A stretch of DNA of 10,179 nt, taken from Janibacter sp. GXQ6167 (lineage in GTDB: Bacteria > Actinomycetota > Actinomycetes > Actinomycetales > Dermatophilaceae). The notes under the pieces are model-generated. The model worked only from the letters and a program-made list of their open reading frames with translations, did not search any database and was not told where the DNA came from. Positions 7,020 to 10,179 of this stretch are shown here, one piece after another. Within the stretch, counting starts at the first letter, position 1, and each line of letters opens with the position of its first letter. Both the position numbers and the translations under genes were made by a program. The DNA lies in assembly GCF_041365945.1 (NCBI RefSeq), contig NZ_JBGFSK010000017.1, positions 2,555-12,733 on the forward strand, given 5' to 3'.

Positions 7020-7056
7020 CCGACCCGGCATCCGATCCGACGAAAGCGAACACCGT

Positions 7057-8256
7057 ATGAAGATCTACGACGTCATCAAGAACGAGACCGGCCTTCTCAA
7101 CGACGGCCTGGGCTCGAAGGCCGTGCTGGCGTGGAAGTTCACCGGTGAGGACTTCAACGACAACACGCAGCTGATCGTCTCCGAATCGGAGGAGGCGATC
7201 TTCATCCGCGACGGCATCGCCGTGGCGACCTTCGGCGGCGGCCGCTACACGCTCAACAGCAACAACCACCCCTTCATCGGCAGGCTGAGGAACCTGCTCT
7301 CCGGCGGGGTGAGCGCGTTCAGCTCGCGGGTGTACTTCGTCAACATCGATCACAAGTTGGAACTGCTGTGGGGCACCGACAGCCCGATCCAGCTCCGCGA
7401 CCCGGTCTGGAGCCTGCAGACCAGCGTGCAGGCGCGCGGCTCGTACTCGATCCAGGTGACGGACTCCAAGAAGTTCCTGATCAAACTGCTCGGCACCAAC
7501 ATCCAGGTTTTCGACGAGCAGCAGCTCGCCGGCTACTTCCGCAGCGCCTTCTCGCAGCACATCCGCGGACAGATCGCCCGCTACATCCGCGACTCCGGCC
7601 AGGAGATCCTGGAGATCACCTCGGACATCGAGCTGCTGGCCGAGCAGCTGCACCCGAGGCTCGCACCGCTGCTGGATGAGTACGGCGTGAAGCTCGTCAA
7701 CTTCTACATCGCCGCGATCGACATCCCCACCGACGACCCGAACCGCCAAGTGCTGGAGAACTCGATCGCACAGAAGCAGGCCAAGCTGCAGAGCGCGCAG
7801 GGCGATAAGGCCGTCATGGGGCTGCTCGGGGAAGACTGGGCCAGGCAGCAGTCGGCCACCATCCTCACCGAGCTCGCCAAGAACCCCGGCGCGGGTGGCG
7901 TGGCTTCCGCGGGTGCCGCAGCAGGCGTTGGCCTGGCTGCGGGCAGCGTCTTCGGGGAGATGGCGACGCAGATGTTCACGCGCCCCGTCCAGCCCGCAGG
8001 CGACCCGATGGCTGGCAATGTCGGGCGCAACCGCACATCGCGCTTCTCGCCCGCAGAGCCTGCCGCGCCGGCCGCCGCCGAGACGTGTCCGGGCTGCGGC
8101 GCGAGCGTGGCGGCGGGAGCGAAGTTCTGCCCGGAGTGCGGCAACCGTCTCGCACCTCAGCAGGTGCCCTGCTCGGGTTGCGGAACCGCAATCGCGAGCA
8201 CGGCCAAGTTCTGCCCCGAATGCGGAACGCCGAACAACCAGGGAGCATCCTCATGA
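7057..8256 (+). CDS. SPFH/band-7 family protein of the YdjI (COG4260-like) type with a C-terminal double zinc ribbon
   Basis: The N-terminal ~235 aa (MKIYDVIKNE...WKFTGEDFNDNTQLIVSESEEAIFIRDG...YFVNIDHKLELLWGT...RGSYSIQVTD...VKLVNFYIAAIDIP) match the YdjI / virion-core-protein-like SPFH family pattern. A Gly/Ala-rich segment GAGGVASAGAAAGVGLAAGSVFG follows (about 7885-7956). Then come two ribbons, CPGCG-x9-FCPECG and CSGCG-x9-FCPECG (8086-8232). Confidence 0.93.
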   Translation: MKIYDVIKNETGLLNDGLGSKAVLAWKFTGEDFNDNTQLIVSESEEAIFIRDGIAVATFGGGRYTLNSNNHPFIGRLRNLLSGGVSAFSSRVYFVNIDHKLELLWGTDSPIQLRDPVWSLQTSVQARGSYSIQVTDSKKFLIKLLGTNIQVFDEQQLAGYFRSAFSQHIRGQIARYIRDSGQEILEITSDIELLAEQLHPRLAPLLDEYGVKLVNFYIAAIDIPTDDPNRQVLENSIAQKQAKLQSAQGDKAVMGLLGEDWARQQSATILTELAKNPGAGGVASAGAAAGVGLAAGSVFGEMATQMFTRPVQPAGDPMAGNVGRNRTSRFSPAEPAAPAAAETCPGCGASVAAGAKFCPECGNRLAPQQVPCSGCGTAIASTAKFCPECGTPNNQGASS

Positions 8257-8930
8257 CCCGCACGATCCTGCGCGCCATCCTGTGGCTCGTCCCCATCGCC
8301 GTCTACGTCGCCATCTTCCTCATCCTCGAGGCCCCGCAGGGCGCGACGTTCTGGACGTCCGCACTGCTGCTGGCGTTCGCCTACGTCATGCTCGCCGTCA
8401 GTTTCGTCGCCGTGCCGCGCAGTCGGATAGCCGCGATCCTGGCCATGCCCCTGATCCTGGTGGCGAGCATCTACTTCACTGCCGAGCTCATCGCGGCCAG
8501 CATCTTCATCTACGTGCAGGACATTCCATACCCGTGGGTGATCATCACGCAGCTGATCCTGGCCGCGATCTTCCTCGTCGTGTTCCTCACCACCTTGTTG
8601 TCCAACGAGGCCATCGCCGCCCAGATCGAGACCCAGCACGCCGACGTCCTGGTGATCAAGAGCGCCGTCACCCGCATCACGGCCCTGGGACGTGTCGCCC
8701 ACGATCCGCGCCTGGCGAAGTCGCTGGACGGGCTGGCCGAGGAGTTCCGCTACAGCCCGACGATGCGCTCGAACCAGGTGCGCGAAGTCGACGCGCAGAT
8801 CGCCGTGCAGCTCGAGCGACTGGAGAGCCTCGTCCACATCCAAGCTTCGCAAGAGGATACCGTCGGCCAGATCGCGGCGATATCCGGGGCGCTCGCTTCA
8901 CGCAACGAGGCGATCAAGCTCCGCCAGTAG
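8253..8930 (+). CDS. Integral membrane protein (4 predicted TM helices) with a helical C-terminal domain; function unknown
   Basis: ATG 8253 overlaps the SPFH stop (ATGA), and GGGAG lies 7 nt upstream. There are four long hydrophobic segments (ILRAILWLVPIAVYVAIFLIL, FWTSALLLAFAYVMLAVSFVAV, IAAILAMPLILVASIYFTAELIAASIFIYV, WVIITQLILAAIFLVVFLTTLL). About 110 aa of amphipathic helix follow. The longer track ORF from 8085 overlaps the SPFH gene out of frame, so I reject it. Confidence 0.85.
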   Translation: MTRTILRAILWLVPIAVYVAIFLILEAPQGATFWTSALLLAFAYVMLAVSFVAVPRSRIAAILAMPLILVASIYFTAELIAASIFIYVQDIPYPWVIITQLILAAIFLVVFLTTLLSNEAIAAQIETQHADVLVIKSAVTRITALGRVAHDPRLAKSLDGLAEEFRYSPTMRSNQVREVDAQIAVQLERLESLVHIQASQEDTVGQIAAISGALASRNEAIKLRQ

Positions 8931-9226
8931 GAGGAGGTGCATAGGGCAGACCCGCGCGCAGATCCGGCCACGGCTGCGGCACCAGCTGGTCGAGCGTGAC
9001 ACCGAGCACCTGCGCGATGGCCATGATCTTGCGCAGACTCGGGTTGGCCGGAGTCTCCGGCATCGACTCGCCCTTCTCGAACTTCTGGAAGGTGTAGCGC
9101 GTGAGCCCAGCGGCGTAGGCAACCTGCTCCTGGGTGAGTCCACGGTCGATCCGGTGCCGCTGAATGCTGGCACCAAGTTCGCGCGCGTACTGGGGCCAAG
9201 GGCCATCGGGTCGTCGTTTTTGCCAT
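8914..9226 (-). pseudogene. XRE-family helix-turn-helix transcriptional regulator, apparent +1 frameshift near the 5' end (or assembly indel)
   Basis: Not in the ORF track. The minus-strand frame open from 9225 to 8917 encodes ...PQYARELGASIQRHRIDRGLTQEQVAYAAGLTRYTFQKFEKGESMPETPANPSLRKIMAIAQVLGVTLDQLV...*. This is a classic Cro/C1-type HTH, but it has no start codon upstream of the HTH. ATG at 9226-9224 is in the adjacent frame. Deleting one A from the AAAAA run (9216-9220, plus-strand TTTTT) gives an intact 103-aa protein beginning MAKRRPDGPWPQYARELG. The span is 313 nt, which is 3n+1. Confidence 0.75.
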
Positions 9227-9263
9227 CACCCCAGGCTGAGCAGGTGGCCTCCCGGAACGAACC

Positions 9264-9283
9264 TCCTGTATATGGCAATAGAT
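9264..9283 (-). promoter_or_regulatory. AT-rich motif copy B (ATCTATTGCCATATACAGGA), upstream of the XRE gene; candidate operator or promoter element
   Basis: The reverse complement of 9264-9283 is ATCTATTGCCATATACAGGA. It is identical to copy A apart from the 7-nt insert in A. It lies 38 nt upstream of the XRE ATG, in the same orientation relative to its gene as copy A. Confidence 0.5.
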
Positions 9284-9376
9284 CCGCTCGATCAGTAACC
9301 CCGCGTGGCCGTCGGCGACGATAGGCGCATGAATGAAGAAGGCCCGGGAGCCGCTCCAGCCGAGAACTCGTGGTTC

Positions 9377-9919
9377 TCAAGGCCGGGGCGAACTCCCGAG
9401 CAGGGCGTGCAGCTGATGGCTGGCTGGTGAGACGGCGCGAATGCGGGTCTCGTGGAGGGCGGGGTCGTGCGTGCGCAGGTACATCGCCCAGAACGCCGCG
9501 TCGGCATACGTTGTGTGCAGATCTGACTGCGCCCGCCAGCCGCTCGAAGCGGTGCGCCGGTAGCCGACTTCGTAAGGGCCGCCATGCAGGAGTTCCTGCA
9601 CGAGTGATGCCGGGACGTCACCGACCGGGTAGGTGCTGCCGATATCGCCCACGAGGAGCACGTCGCCGTGCAACGCCGGCCGCTGCCTTGAAGTGGTGTC
9701 CCAGAACCAGCGCAGCGACGAGGCGCGCAGGTTCATCGGGAGCCCGTTTCGGCGGTCGTCGGCGTCGAGCCACATCGTGACACCTCGGCTCTCGATGTCG
9801 ATCGGGATCACCAGATCAGCGAGCTGCTGAATGTCTGCGAACCCTGCGACCTCCCGCGTTTCGAGTTGTTGCTCGATCTGCGCCGGGATGAGAACAGCCG
9901 TGACGGTCTCACCATTCAC
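9377..9919 (-). CDS. Hypothetical protein with an N-terminal DUF3846-like domain
   Basis: Track ORF with a GTG start at 9919. VTAVLIPAQIEQQLETREVAGFADIQQLADLVIPIDIESRGVTMWLDADDRRNGLPMNLRAS...GDVLLVGDIG follows the DUF3846 pattern as I recall it (ALLIP...V..LQ.LVGG.IE......LW.NEEG...GLP.N.RA....G..l..G). The C-terminal ~80 aa are unassigned. Confidence 0.6.
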   Translation of the reverse strand: MNGETVTAVLIPAQIEQQLETREVAGFADIQQLADLVIPIDIESRGVTMWLDADDRRNGLPMNLRASSLRWFWDTTSRQRPALHGDVLLVGDIGSTYPVGDVPASLVQELLHGGPYEVGYRRTASSGWRAQSDLHTTYADAAFWAMYLRTHDPALHETRIRAVSPASHQLHALLGSSPRP

Positions 9920-10179
9920 GACGGCTCACCCGCAGTGAGGCAGTAGTGCCCCGTAGCGTGGTGTAGCCCGCGGTGGCCGGCTCGTCGTTCGCGACGTAGG
10001 CGCGGTCACCGTGTGATCCTTCGAGAAGTCTCTTACCTCCACTCGAAAGGCATCATCACGATGACCGCTCCTCATATTGTCGACAGTGAGGATGGGTTTT
10101 GGCATCCCCGGGTGGAGGTCTGACTCGATTGTCGACGGGCGTCAGCGACTGCCTTTGCATGGGATTCGTCGATCTTCAG

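Noticed and set aside
7895-8944. 349-aa plus-strand ORF, and the 8085 start of the 281-aa ORF
   Set aside because: Both are out-of-frame overlaps with the SPFH gene. Their translations are Arg/Pro/Ala-rich. The membrane protein begins convincingly at ATG 8253, which has an RBS and ATGA coupling.
1635-9283. Interpreting the shared 20-nt motif as integrase attL/attR
   Set aside because: att cores are direct repeats, whereas these copies are inverted relative to each other. The integrase remnant lies outside rather than inside the bracketed segment. Operator or terminal-inverted-repeat explanations fit better.
10076-10136. Direct repeat ATTGTCGAC at 10076-10084 and 10128-10136, and a 20-codon ORF (10061-10123, MTAPHIVDSEDGFWHPRVEV)
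   Set aside because: A 9-mer recurring within ~60 nt is expected about once by chance when scanning 10 kb. The mini-ORF has only a weak RBS and no recognisable features. It is worth a glance only if conserved.
9920-10179. Search for a tRNA, an att site or a further gene at the right edge
   Set aside because: There is no T-loop or cloverleaf-like pattern. The only feature is a weak 6-bp inverted repeat (TTCGAG/CTCGAA, about 10019-10047). The open minus-strand frame entering from the window end (10179 down to about 10073) has an unconvincing translation.

Overview
High-GC, actinobacterial-type accessory region with three parts. All domain calls are by-eye motif recognition and need HMM or structure confirmation.

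(1) Left edge, 1-1653, minus strand: nested decayed mobile DNA. A tyrosine-integrase N-terminal fragment (1236-1653) is cut by an ISL3-family IS, with terminal repeat GGCTCTTC ending at 1235 and a frameshifted transposase 5' half at 613-1123. That IS is interrupted at 612/613 by what looks like the first ~610 nt of a group II intron. The intron starts GTGCG and ends in an SD plus ATG as the window ends.

(2) Core, 1715-8930, plus strand: a tightly packed six-gene cluster.
- Zn-ribbon/TPR protein.
- 2-TM protein with a beta-rich C-domain.
- 894-aa HerA/FtsK-type P-loop ATPase with a ~420-aa unassigned N-terminal region.
- Hyper-acidic disordered protein ending in a ParB/Srx-like GxHR domain, ATGA-coupled to the ATPase.
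- YdjI-like SPFH/band-7 protein with a C-terminal double Zn ribbon.
- 4-TM protein, ATGA-coupled to the SPFH gene.

(3) Right edge, minus strand: a convergent XRE-family HTH gene with an apparent +1 frameshift in an A5 run, and a DUF3846-like gene.

A 20-nt AT-rich motif occurs upstream of both the six-gene cluster and the XRE gene, each time in the same orientation relative to its gene. I know of no named system with this gene combination. I flag it as a candidate novel membrane-associated HerA-ATPase defence or envelope-stress module carried on a degraded integrative island.
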